DNA of 64,000 nt from Eledone cirrhosa (GCA_964016885.1 OZ024740.1:364808001-364872000), one strand, 5' to 3'. Numbered from the stretch's first letter, positions 1-11,186 are shown. Notes: a model not told the origin generated them from the letters alone. Translations and numbers: made by a program.

Positions 1-174
1 ATTTTGAAATATTGCAACTCAAATGGATGGTGCACCCTCGATGTTGGTTCACAACAGAAATAGAGGGAGGGAGGTGGTACACTGCTCCATTCTACAGCAC
101 CCCAACAATACTGGAGAGTCAAGAAAAAAAAAAGAAATGATAAAGAAAAGGATGTTAATTTATTAAAAAATGTT

Positions 175-500
175 ATCATCATAGCTGAATCAAGATGTTT
201 TTCTGTTTTACTAGATGGCCATCATAGATACCTGAGAAAAAAATCAAAATCAAAATTAGAAAAGATTGCCTACAAGCAATAATAAGATTTGGAGGTGGTT
301 GTATAATAGTGTGGGAAATATTTTACCATTCAATATGAAGGATCACTTATTCTAGGTGGCAATCAAAGTGTCACTGTCTGTTATCAAAAAGACGACTTTT
401 TGCATACATATATCTCTTTGCTCTTTACATAACAGCTTATTCAATCCACTGACAATATAGGAACATGATGATGCTACACCTATGGCTGTTCACAAAGAAT
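175..500 (+). pseudogene. Degenerate Tc1/mariner transposase fragment (DDE domain)
   Basis: Manual translation gives AESR (cf. FSDESRF), LDGHHR, DCLQAIIRFGGGCIIVWEIF (cf. Tc1 KFGGGSIMVWG) and HDDATP (cf. QDNAPxH), in the expected order but frameshifted. Confidence 0.55.
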
Positions 501-735
501 AGCATACATTAGAGGTTGCATTATTGAAAAGGATAGCTGTTGCTAGTAATATGATTAAAAAGATTTCAAAGAATCTAAAATATAATCACACCAGAAACGT
601 TGAATATTAAATTTTGGTTATGAATAAATATCATTTTTATATATTTTGGAAAAACTTTGAATACAATATTAGAGTTGATTTTAACAAAAGGGAACATTAC
701 TCACACACACATATGCATATATATGTATACATGTG

Positions 736-798
<63 letters not shown>

Positions 799-923
799 GT
801 TCATTTTATTAAGGCTGAATAGTGAGTTTTGTTACTCTGGAATTTTGCCTGTTTATGAGAGGGTCATTAGATAAGAATATATATATACATACATGCATAC
901 ACACGCATACACACACATATATA

Positions 924-1021
924 CAGGGTGTCCCCAAAAATGTATACACACTTTCACAGCATTCTAATAAATATTGCCTGTACAGGTAATCAAAGTATGT
1001 ATACATTTTTGGGACACCCAA
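924..1021. mobile_element. ~100 bp Tc1/mariner-type MITE
   Basis: ~25 bp TIRs CAGGGTGTCCCCAAAAATGTATACA ... TGTATACATTTTTGGGACACCC, flanked by TA, no coding capacity. Confidence 0.75.
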
Positions 1022-1046
1022 TATATGCAATATGTATATATATATA

Positions 1047-1085
<39 letters not shown>

Positions 1086-1093
<8 letters not shown>

Positions 1094-1665
1094 ATACTTT
1101 GGGAGGGTCATGTTGCCAATAAGAAACACACGCACCAGTTGCTTTCACTTCAATTTAATTTAATATATATTTATAAATTTACAAATTTATAAATTTCTGG
1201 TTGGTTGGTTGGTTCCACAACCAGATAGTTGTTTATATATATATAGTCATAGTTCTTTCGTCACACACTCTGTGACCTCTTCAGTGACTGGGGATTTCTT
1301 TCTTCGTTTCTGTGCCTTTCCTTTCTTCTATCCTACGCCATTTTTACGGCAAACAAAATGGCGTAGGATAGAAGAAAGGAAAGGCACAGAAACGAAGAAA
1401 GAAATCCCCAGTCACTGAAGAGGTCACAGAGTGTGTGACGAAAGAACTATGACTATATATATATAAACAACTATCTGGTTGTGGAACCAACCAACCAACC
1501 AGAAATTTATAAATTTGTAAATTTATAAATATATATTAAATTAAATTGAAGTGAAAGCAACTGGTGCGTGTGTTTCTTATTGGCAACATGACCCTCCCAA
1601 AGTATAACAATATCGGTTTCAACACACGATTTCAGATAAAGAATCTTGCTAAACAAATTCAGAAA

Positions 1666-1668
<3 letters not shown>
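1086..1668. mobile_element. Penelope-like inverted pseudo-LTR structure (259 bp arms 1086-1344 / 1355-1613, 10 nt spacer, ~55 nt extra tail on right arm)
   Basis: Arms appear to be perfect reverse complements; each carries a minimal hammerhead; same family as 23278-23588, which ends at the same TTCAGAAACGA-(TA)n. Confidence 0.8.
1410..1454 (+). ncRNA. Minimal type I hammerhead ribozyme (mirror copy on minus strand at 1245-1289)
   Basis: AGUCA-CUGAAGAG-GUCACA(GAGUG)UGUGAC-GAAA-GAAC-UA-UGACU: stem I 5 bp, stem II 6 bp, very short stem III, CUA cleavage triplet; one extra G in the core. Confidence 0.65.
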
Positions 1669-1707
<39 letters not shown>

Positions 1708-1711
<4 letters not shown>

Positions 1712-1803
1712 TCATCATCATCATCGTTTAACATCCATCTTCCACGCTTGCATGGATTTGGACGGGAGTTTCCCACTTGAGGCAAGAGTGGTTGTCTTGC
1801 TTG
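1708..1803 (-). mobile_element. RTE family B 3' end fragment
   Basis: Reverse complement of the 3' terminus of the 13.7-17.5 kb element, with (GAT)n tail. Confidence 0.85.
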
Positions 1804-1839
1804 TATATATATATATATATATATATATGAAAATGTTTA

Positions 1840-1934
1840 ACCCCGACGGCAAAGCTCAAGCCGTTTCGACGGCTATTTCTGGACTAAATTAGAATTTTTA
1901 GCGTGGTAATAAATAGCCAAACTTTTCAAGGGGT
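1840..1934 (-). ncRNA. Type I hammerhead ribozyme, U3-A8 core variant
   Basis: ACCCC-UUGAAAA-G..GGCUAUUU...AAAUAGCC..C-GAAA-CGGC(UUGAGCUUU)GCCG-UC-GGGGU; three stems and GUC site present. Confidence 0.75.
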
Positions 1935-2567
1935 AATTCCTTATATGGGAAGATTGTAGTTGTCAAAAGGATTGGTCAAAATTTCTTGTAAACATAATTA
2001 AATCTTTCATGGGAGTAGGTGGGAATGGGGGTGGCTGAACTTGGCTGTAGAACAATGAGGGAGTGGGTGGCGCTGGTCAAGCGTTGAAAGTGAATTCGAT
2101 ACAGCAAATTCTAAGGAGTGTGTATGAAATTAGGCTAGTTAGGAAGCAGGCGAAAAAGGATTCTTGAGGAATTTGAGAGTGGGACGTTATGGAATTAAAG
2201 GGTTAATAAATTAAGATTAAAAGATAATAAATAAATAAAAAAAATAAAAATAAAATTAAATAGTAAAAAGTAATAAAAAAAATCTCTAGAGTCTAAAGCA
2301 GCTGCTATATTTTTAGTTGGTATTGCGTTTTCGGCCAATGCTATAAATAATTTATTGAGGCTACAAAATCCTGATGGGCTGCCTTGGGATAGGCGAAAGA
2401 GGAAAAAGGAAAAGCAAGAGGAGAGAGAGTGGAAGGAAGTGATAGGAAGAGATAAAGTGAAGAAGATAAGAAAAAGGAAAAGAAAAGAAGTACATCTACC
2501 TATGTTAGCTGGGGTTTCCCCTATCTTGTTCGGCAAGTGCGAAAAAGAAGGATGTTGCAGCCATTGT

Positions 2568-3008
2568 CTACCCACCCGGGTCATTAGGAGGTTTGAGGGC
2601 GAGGTAAGTCCTACGCAATCGGTGTTTACATGCAGTTACAAGTTCGTCTTTTTTGTTTAGGAGTTGGTCCTTTGTAAACAGCATTTGTAATGTTTCCTCC
2701 GAGCATAGGTTACATGGACGGCACTCTCCCATGTGGGAGTTAGCCCTGGACAGTAAACTCCAAGTAAGATTGTATGTTATGTTATTATCTTGGAGGTCCC
2801 AGATGTGGCCTGAAAGTGTAGTGGCATGTCGTCGGGCTAGGTTTCAGAACACATGTCGGTGTTGGGAGAACCGGGTCTTAAAGTCACAAGCAGTTAATCC
2901 TATATAGGCTTTGTTGGAGGTTTCCGTCCTCACGTTGCATTGGTAGATCACGTTACATTCTCGGCATCTGTTGTTGAGGAGGCACATAGATCTATCAGGG
3001 CAGTTACA
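2568..3008 (-). pseudogene. PLE GIY-YIG endonuclease domain with one in-frame stop
   Basis: Manual translation CNCPDRSMCLLNNRCRECNVIYQCNVRTETSNKAYIGLTACDFKTRFSQHRHVF*N..TLSGHIWDL..WSLL..CNLCSEE..LLNKKDELVTACKH; the TGA at 2844-2846 is probably CGA decay; absent from the ORF track. Confidence 0.85.
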
Positions 3009-3110
3009 CCACCTGGTCAGTTAAACATTTTCCTATTACCCATACTACTACCCTAAGTATTTAGTACTCTTGTGCCTTATGGTCCATCTGGTTCCTTACC
3101 ACACCTCCTT

Positions 3111-3156
<46 letters not shown>

Positions 3157-3280
3157 TCTGCAGTGCTGAGACCTGGGAGACCACTAATCGCGAAAGTACT
3201 CAATGCATGAGTATATGCTGAGTAGATATAGAGATCGGTAAAATCCTCATTTCAGTTTGGTGCTGTGGTCGGGATTTTAC

Positions 3281-3341
<61 letters not shown>

Positions 3342-3379
3342 TCCCTATCTTATATATATATATATATATATATGCACAC

Positions 3380-5093
3380 ACCAGGTCATGAAAGTAACAG
3401 AAAGAGTTATAGCACAGCTGATTAGGGACCGGGTGAATATAGACGAGATGCAATTTGGGTTTGTACCAGGGAGAGGCACCACTGATGCCCTCTTCCTTGT
3501 GAGGCAATTACAGGAAAAGTACCTAGCTAAAAGTAAGCCACTCTACTTGGCATTTGTCGACCTTGAGAAAGCCTTTGACAGAGTTCCACGTGCAGTAATC
3601 TGGTGGGCTCTTAGAAAACTAGGAGTAGATGAATGGCTTGTGAAAGCGGTACAAGCCATGTATAGGGGAGCAGTCAGCAAAGTTAGGATTAGCAATGAGT
3701 ATAGCGAGGAATTTAGCGTACAGGTTGGGGTCCACCAGGGCTCTGTTCTTAGCCCTCTCCTGTTCATCATAGTCCTGCAGGCAATAACGGAGGAGTTTAA
3801 GACCGGATGCCCATGGGAACTCCTGTATGCTGATGACCTCGCACTCATAGCTGAATCTATGGTAGAACTAGAGAATAAATTCCAAACCTGGAAGCAGGGA
3901 CTAGAGAGAAAGGGCCTCAAAGTCAACATGACAAAGACCAAGGTCCTTGTAAGTAGACGAGAAAACAGAACCCAGATCCCCTCAGGGAAATGGCCTTGCT
4001 CAGTATGTAGGAAAGGTGTAGGTAGGAACTCCATTCATTGCCCCAAATGCAAACAATGGGTACACAAGAGATGTAGCGGGATCTCAGGAAGCTTAATTAA
4101 GAATGTAGGATTCACATGCAGCAGCTGTGCTGAAACAGCAAGCAAACAGCCACAGGAAACAAGTACCACCAATCTCTGGGAGGGCCCTGTAGAAACAGTA
4201 GACAGCTTCTGCTACCTAGGTGACTGAATTAGCAACAGAGGTGGGTGCTCAGAAAGTACAATAACTAGGGTAAGAACGGGATGGAAGAAGTTTAGGGAAC
4301 TACTACCACTGCTAGCTGCAAAAGGCTTCTCCCTCAGAATGAAAGGCAGACTGTATGATGCGTGTATCCGAACAGCGATGTTGCATGGTAGTGAGACCTG
4401 GGCGCTGAAGGTGGAAGACTTACGTAGATTAGAGAGAAACGAAGCCTGCATGCTCCGATGGATGTGTAACAGTAATATACGTGAACGACAAAGCATAAAG
4501 GAATTGAGAGAGAGACTGAGCATAAGAGGAATCAAATGCTGCGTGCAGGAGAGGCGGTTACGCTGGTATGGACATGTGATGCGTATGAAGGATGACAGCT
4601 GCATAAAAAGGTGCAGAGCACTAGAAGTTGATGGAAACCGCGGAGTGGGGAGATCCAAGATGACTTGGGATGAGGTGATAAAAGCCGACCTTACCCAACT
4701 ACACCTCTCAAAGACAATGACACACGACCGTGACTTCTGGCGTCACGCAGTAATACAGGGTACCCGACCTCCCATGGGTACAAGCTGAAGCATATAAACA
4801 ATATGCCCCCACTCCCCCCACCGCAAGGTGGTCGTGGAGGTGCCACGGCAAAAAAAGCACCCAGCCCACACTGTAAAGTGGACATGTAGGCGCCACGAAA
4901 AAGCACCCAGCACTCACTGTAAATGAGGTTGGTGTTAGGAAGGGCATCCAGCTGTAGAAATCAAGCCAGATCAGTTCCTGTATGAGCAAGGCATGGTCAG
5001 CCGACCAGACACTGCCCACAACAGGACAACCCGTCTAACCCATGCTAGCGTGGAAGAACGGACGTAAAACGGTGATGATGATGATGATGATGA
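3380..5093 (+). mobile_element. 5'-truncated RTE-clade LINE (family A): RT, PHD finger, C-terminus, 3' UTR, (GAT)n tail
   Basis: QFGF, DLEKAFD, QGSVLSP, YADD and RLRWYGHV motifs; premature stop at 4225-4227. Confidence 0.92.
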
Positions 5094-5492
5094 CACATAC
5101 ATACATATATATTTGAGTATGTATGTGTGTATGTTTAATCCATCCAGTATTCTCTCTAAAGAGGTTGGTGCTAGGAAGGTCACCCATCTGTAGAAACTAT
5201 ACCAAAATGGAATATATGATCAAGATATGGTCATTTGACTTGTTTATTTTCAGAATGTGACATCCTGTCTAACCCATGCAAACAAACATGGAAACAAGCT
5301 GTAAATTTGTGAGGATGATAATGATGATCATGATGAGATGTGTGTGTGTGGACACAGCATGGCTGAGCAGGTAAGAAATTTGCCTTGCAATAATTAAATC
5401 TGGGTTCAATGATTATATATTTATAAGTATGCAACAGGCAAACATAAATAACAATGCAAACGACACAGTACTATGAAGAAATATATTAGAAA

Positions 5493-5712
5493 GATGTAGT
5501 AGGAAAATGTTTTTCATGTTTCAGTTTCAGACGCTAGTCCTTCTTTAGAAAACAGAATGGGAAATTAAAGAAGAATAGAAAGTTAAAGGAGAGTCAACAG
5601 TGACAGAAACAGAAAAAAATTGCTTTGAGAAAAGCAGGTCTATACAGGTCACCATCTCTTGGAAAACTGTTGAATCTGGCATACATATCTTCATAGCTTT
5701 GTATAGATAATC

Positions 5713-5751
<39 letters not shown>

Positions 5752-6050
5752 TCTACTCTCTCTCTCTATATATATATACAAAAAAAAATGTTCTTTTTCC
5801 TTTTCAGCATAGATACCTTTGATCACTGGCTTTCTCAACCATGACCAACTGAACTTCTTGCACCAATGCAAGATACAACAATTTTCCAAGAAATGGCCAC
5901 CTGAATAGACTTGTTTTTTCTCAAAGAAATTTTTTCGTTTCTGCCACTGCCCACTCTCCTCTATCTTTTTATTTCTTCTTTAATTTCTCATTCTATTTTC
6001 TGATGAAGGACTAGCGTCCAAAATGATAAGACTCTTTTCCTACTATATCA
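5493..6050. mobile_element. Old, diverged inverted-repeat PLE relic (arms ~5493-5680 / ~5867-6050) with decayed hammerhead cores
   Basis: Arms are recognisable but imperfect reverse complements; CTGATGA-A-GGAC(TAGC)GTCC-AAAA at 6000-6023 and mirror at 5525-5548. Confidence 0.6.
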
Positions 6051-6086
6051 AGCATATGGAAAAGTAGACATAAAAGTGATGAATAT

Positions 6087-6200
6087 GACAGGCTTCCACA
6101 CAGTTTCTGTCTATGAAATTTCACTCTGAAACGTAGATCATGCAGTGAGTATGAACTTGGAATCATATGATTGTGAAGAGAACTCCTTAATCATACAACT
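6087..6200 (-). mobile_element. Degenerate tRNA-derived SINE fragment
   Basis: Shares CTTCCACACAGTTTCTGTCTA with the 9940-10100 copy. Confidence 0.5.
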
Positions 6201-6207
6201 TTGTCTG

Positions 6208-6312
6208 TCATCATCATCACCGTTTTACGTCCATTCTTGCATGCTAGCATGGGTTAGACAGGTTGTCCTGTTGTGGGCAGTGCCTGGTCGGCTGACCTTG
6301 TCTTGCTCTATG
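6208..6312 (-). mobile_element. RTE family A 3' end fragment
   Basis: Reverse complement of ~4980-5085. Confidence 0.8.
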
Positions 6313-6724
6313 TTCATAAATTGTTGAGATAGTGAGACAAGGTATAGTATTTGCAGGTAGAATAGGTAAGTTGTGGCAGTGACCATATTTTTGATAATCA
6401 TATGTAAACATCATGAATCTAGGTCATCATGGGACTGAAACAAACTCCTACTGAAACTGTCAGGAAATCTCTTCCCACACATACCTACACATGAATTTGC
6501 AATCAACCAACCAATCAAGAAAGGTAAGCCAATCAATTTGTCATCTCACTAAACAAAAGCAAAAATTAAAATAAAAACTAAAAAAAAAAGCTATACATAT
6601 ATCAATGACTAGCTAAACATAGCTAAACATATTTCTAATTATCTCAACAGTATTTTACCAGCTAAATGTTAATTCACTTGCTCAACATCCTTATGGCTAG
6701 CTGATGCCCATTTCCTTAGTTAAC

Positions 6725-7137
6725 TCCTCCTCTCATTCATTCTCCTCCTCCACCACTGCCACATGCCCTCCCCCACCTCTTCCACACTCTCCACCTCCTC
6801 ATCTTCACCCAGCTCTTCTTCTTCTTCTTCTTCTTCTTCTTCTTCTTCTTCTTCTTCTTCTTCTTCTTCTCCTCCCCCCTCCCCTCCTCCTCCCTTCCTC
6901 CACATCATCACCACCATCATCATCACCACCATCACCACCATCATCATCATCATCATCACCACCACCATCATCATCACCATCATCACCATCACCATCATCA
7001 CCATCATCACCATCATCACCATCATCATCATCACCACCACCATCATCATCATCATCATCACCATCACCATCACCATCATCACCACCATCATTATCATCAT
7101 CACTATCATCATCACCATCACCATCACCGTCATCATC
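6725..7137. repeat. Compound triplet microsatellite: (CTT)n, (CCT)n, long (CAT/CAC)n
   Basis: Direct inspection; explains the low-complexity ORFs in this region. Confidence 0.95.
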
Positions 7138-7600
7138 GTTGCCCTCTTTACATTTGTATTATTTCCATGCTTGAATGCATTGGGTGTGTCTTCTCCATCA
7201 CACCCTTTCTCCACATGTGTTCCTTCATCACTTCTTATATGATTATCAGTATTTTGAGATCATTTCTAGCCACTGCTGTCCAGTTGTTCCTTGGATTTCC
7301 TCTACCGTTTCCTTCCATTCTGATCTCCTGGCACTTGTTCATCCAAAGATCATCATCCACAGACATCACATGTCCATAATGTTGCATACAACATGATTCC
7401 TTTTATATCCAGTATTTTTTTTATTCTCTCAGTTCATCCATGCTTCGTTAACAGTACACATCCACCAAAACTATTTCTCTCCTGCCTCTGCATATTGTCT
7501 GCTTTTAATGCCATGCAGCGTTACATTTTGCATGCAAGTAACATACGATTTACATTACAACTGGAGAAAAAATTCTCTTGTTGTCAACAAAGGTGCAACC
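7138..7600 (-). mobile_element. Old degenerate RTE 3' fragment
   Basis: Minus strand reads ..YGHVMSVDDDLWMNKCQEIRMEGNGRGNPRNNW.., homologous to the RTE C-terminus; ends in the (GAT/GGT)n tract. Confidence 0.7.
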
Positions 7601-8658
7601 AGCTAATATAATCAGCACCAACTAGCAGAGAAAAAATAATGAAATATAAAAAGATAAAAAAAGGTCAAATTTGCCAACTTTAATTAACCTGTCAATTAAC
7701 TACAAAATGAACAGTGAAAGCAAACCACCCAACTCTCATATGAAACATCCAGCAGAATGTCATTTTTAGAGTTCTCATGCATTTAAGATCTGCCTCACTT
7801 CATTTACATCAACTCAATCTAAACAATAGAATTATCTATTTATTTTTCCATTGCACACTTTGCTATATTGGTAGTTCTTCAAGTGAATCTTAGTTCTTTT
7901 GGTTTTTCTTCCTTGTTATACATATAACTTATTTCTAGAGAATGGAGGAAACTGCCCCAGGGTCTACTATACAAATCCGTTTATTTTAAAGTGGTTACAT
8001 TTATTAGAAAAAAAAAAAGAAACTTCCATCATAATTTAATTTAAACAATTTTGTTAAGCTATGTTCCAAACAGCAGCTCATTATTGAGAAAGTTAGTTAC
8101 TAAATTCTTGCAAATTCTTGATTATTTTCAAAATGATTTGAAAATTATAGACAATGTATTTCATTAGAAATATGGTAATGAAAAGAGTTAAAAGAAAGAA
8201 TAAATATTCATATTATTTCACTTGAATGGGTTAATGACACATTTTAAATAGGTTTATTCTGTAGTACATTGGCCAATTATTGGCATCATCATCAAATATT
8301 CTGCATACACAATTTATAGTTTGGTTGTGCTGCTGTATGGAATATACCTAATTAGTAGGTATATACTAAATCAATAACTTGGTATTTTCCTGAAAACTAC
8401 TAAAAATCTATAAATGCTATCAAGAAAGGCAAGCTTTGCTTCAAACATAACAAAAGAAGTAAAAGAAATAGTTTGGCATTTTAGCATTTTCCAAGTGAAA
8501 CTCTTCATTTGTTGGAGAGAAATAATAGCCCTGTCTGCCATATTGACAGAAATAAAAGCAGCCATTTTTCCTCTCTGCTGAATTTCTTTCTTAATTACTT
8601 TACTCTCCAACTTTGGTTGTCTTTATTTTTGCTGACCGGGCTTTGATAGATTACTTAC

Positions 8659-8766
8659 CCATGTCCTACTTATTGGCACAGTTTCCACTCTGATTGTGGT
8701 CAGTAGTTGTTGGACCTAGTCCAAATAATGACTATCTGTCTGATACTTGGACTGGTGACAAAATAT
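8659..8766 (-). other. Candidate 108 nt host exon (non-coding or 5' UTR, ending in ATG-G)
   Basis: Acceptor TTCATTTTGCATCTGTAG, donor GG|GTAAGT; all three frames contain stops; last bases GACATGG. Confidence 0.4.
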
Positions 8767-8889
8767 CTACAGATGCAAAATGAACAAGACATAGCAATTT
8801 TTCTGATCTGGCCAATGTGTTGTTGCTTGTTGAGTAGTTAACGCCTAGATTTATTATCATCTGGCACAAAATTGGCCTTATGTGGTTAT

Positions 8890-8939
<50 letters not shown>

Positions 8940-9939
8940 GAAGAAAACTAACAAAAACAAAAAAATCATATATACTACAAATTTGTTTTGTTGGCAATAT
9001 TATTGGCAGAAAAGAAGTGATCCTTCTCCATTTAAAAAAAAAAATGTGATTGGATATTTAGCTGAAAGTATTAGAATCTACTCCTTTAGTTCTTTTCAAT
9101 AGTTCTTTTCAAATTTTGTTTCTTTCAAACTTAGAATGAATTCAAATCTAAGCTGTAGCTATATTTAAAGATTTCCTTTTATCCTTCACGCATTTAGCAA
9201 TGTTAGAAATTATGGTTTTATCAACTGAAGAGTTATACTCATGTCAGAATTGAACAGTAATTATAGAGCTGGCATTGTTTGTAAGAGAATTCCTGTCTGT
9301 AGCTCTTTAATGTGTAAGCACATATGGGTATACACCTACATAGATACATACACACACACCTACATTCATACACACATACATACCTACATATATACATACA
9401 TACATACATACATACATACATACATGCATACATACATTCATATATACATATGAATGTATGCATACAGAAACATGAACTCAGAGAGGCTTTTAAACTTGTA
9501 TGGATATAGGAATCACATACACACACACATATATATATACATGTGTATGTGTGTGTAGTGTGTGTGTGTGTGTATAAACACATATATATGTATTTATATA
9601 TATATATACATCATCATCATCATCCTCATCATTATCCCTGTTTTACATCTATTTTTAAGCAATTTCTTTTTGTAATCAAAGCTGGTCTAAAGACACAATA
9701 GAACACACAACTAATTATCTGTTTTTAGTTTAAAATATATAAATAAATATACAAAATAAAATTCAAATCACCTCACAAAAACAAAGCCAAAATAAACAAA
9801 AGATAAAGCAGATTTGCATGAGTGTCAAATGATTGATTATGTTACATATTCTAAATTTTTCTGAAGAAGCAAATTATTTGCTAGAGTAGTTTCAAGAATG
9901 TTTTTATATTGTATTGTTTAACTCATCATTCATGTATAT

Positions 9940-10100
9940 GATGGACTTCCACACAGTTTCTGTCTACCGATTTCCCTCACAAGACATTGGTAAATGTGAA
10001 GCTATAGTAGAAGACACTTGCTCAAGGTGCATACAGTCTAACTGAACTGAAAACCACACAGCTGTAAAACGAACTCCAGAAACCCCATAGCTATGCCTGT
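9940..10100 (-). mobile_element. tRNA-derived SINE with CORE-like segment
   Basis: Minus strand has a B-box-like GGTTTTCAGTTCAGTT followed by CCTTGAGCAAGTGTCTTCTACTATAGC. Confidence 0.6.
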
Positions 10101-10574
10101 GCTTGATGTACAAAAATAGGTGATAGCCATGACTGGAATGTCTTTGATTATATGTTTTCTCAGTCAAAGTTGACTTGGGCTAAACATCAGGAACTGTGTC
10201 TAAAAAACAAAACAATTACAAGATTGATTGATAATGACTGAATTCTGAACATGTTGCAGTTAAAATTTACAACTCATCTGCCACATATACAGCTGACGTT
10301 CTAGTTGGTTGCATCTCACAGGAGCTTTCTTGAGTGTTTTAAGGATAGGGACCCCAACCATATCATTTTGCTATTGTTACAGCTTCTGAGGTGTTTTAAT
10401 GATAGTGACCTCAGCCCTATCCAGTTACTGTTACAGCTCATACATCAATGCAGGTTTAGCTGGTCTCATACAAGGATGCATCTCATAAGAGGTGTCTTGT
10501 GTGTTTTAATGAAAGGGGCTGCAGTCCTATCATGAAAATCAATGTAAAATGAAGCCTCCAGCAGAAAGGGAAGC

Positions 10575-10615
10575 ATTGTCCTGATGAGGGCCAGAGATTG
10601 AAATGCATAGACAAT
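10575..10615 (+). ncRNA. Minimal type I hammerhead (partly decayed stem II)
   Basis: AUUGUC-CUGAUGA-(12 nt)-GAAA-UGCA-UA-GACAAU; perfect 6 bp stem I, palindromic stem III, outer stem CCAGCAGAAA/TTTCTGCTGG. Confidence 0.6.
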
Positions 10616-10978
10616 TATCCGCTGCTGTTTCTGCTGGAATCCACTAGAAGGTGCTGGTTGTCAGCCTTTCTATTCACAGCTGGGTTTTCATAATGTTTGC
10701 TTATTAAACATACCGTATATCTTTAGATGTACGAAATTCACACACAAACATACACACACACACGCACACACCAAAAATATATCAAACTTAAGCCAAAATT
10801 TCATTTTGGTGCGATATAAGCCAAATCGGCTAAAATCAGTTGGTTTTAACTTATATAATACCCCAACCATAGTTTCTGGAACTCAAGATACAACATCAGA
10901 ATTTCCAAGACATTGGAATAACCAATATTGGTAGAATTTAAGTTTCTTCATTGAGATGTGAATTCTTCATAGAAATGA

Positions 10979-11186
10979 GGGAACAAGTTGAAAATATATC
11001 ATATATACCATTTTGTTGCTAGACCGTATGATGAACAGGGTGTTGTATTGTTGAATTACTATATTAATATATTCCACCCAAAGGGACAAGTTGAATATAT
11101 ATCATACATACCATGTCGTTAGTAGACCTCATGGTGAGACAACGTGTTGCAACGCTGAATTACTGTATGAATATTTCCTACTTAAT
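10979..11186. repeat. Diverged tandem duplication, ~103 bp x2
   Basis: ACAAGTTGAA..TATATCATA.ATACCAT..TAGACC..TGAATTACT recurs at ~10979 and ~11082. Confidence 0.7.

Larger units (their letters stand above)
1829..3113 (-). mobile_element. 5'-truncated Penelope-like retroelement (GIY-YIG C-terminus + 3' UTR + hammerhead)
   Basis: GIY-YIG reading frame at 3008-2568, hammerhead at 1840-1934, short inverted terminal piece at 3020-3113, flanked by (TA)n on both sides. Confidence 0.85.

Noticed and set aside
2844-2846. In-frame TGA in the PLE endonuclease as selenocysteine
   Set aside because: Position reads F-x-N where Arg fits; CGA>TGA decay is common in this window; no SECIS identified
2195-2907. 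ORF-track proteins of 129, 101 and 84 aa
   Set aside because: They overlap the PLE 3' UTR and the antisense of the GIY-YIG frame; no independent motifs
6704-7242. Long Ser/Pro-, Met/Val- and Ile/Thr-rich ORFs
   Set aside because: Translations of triplet microsatellites
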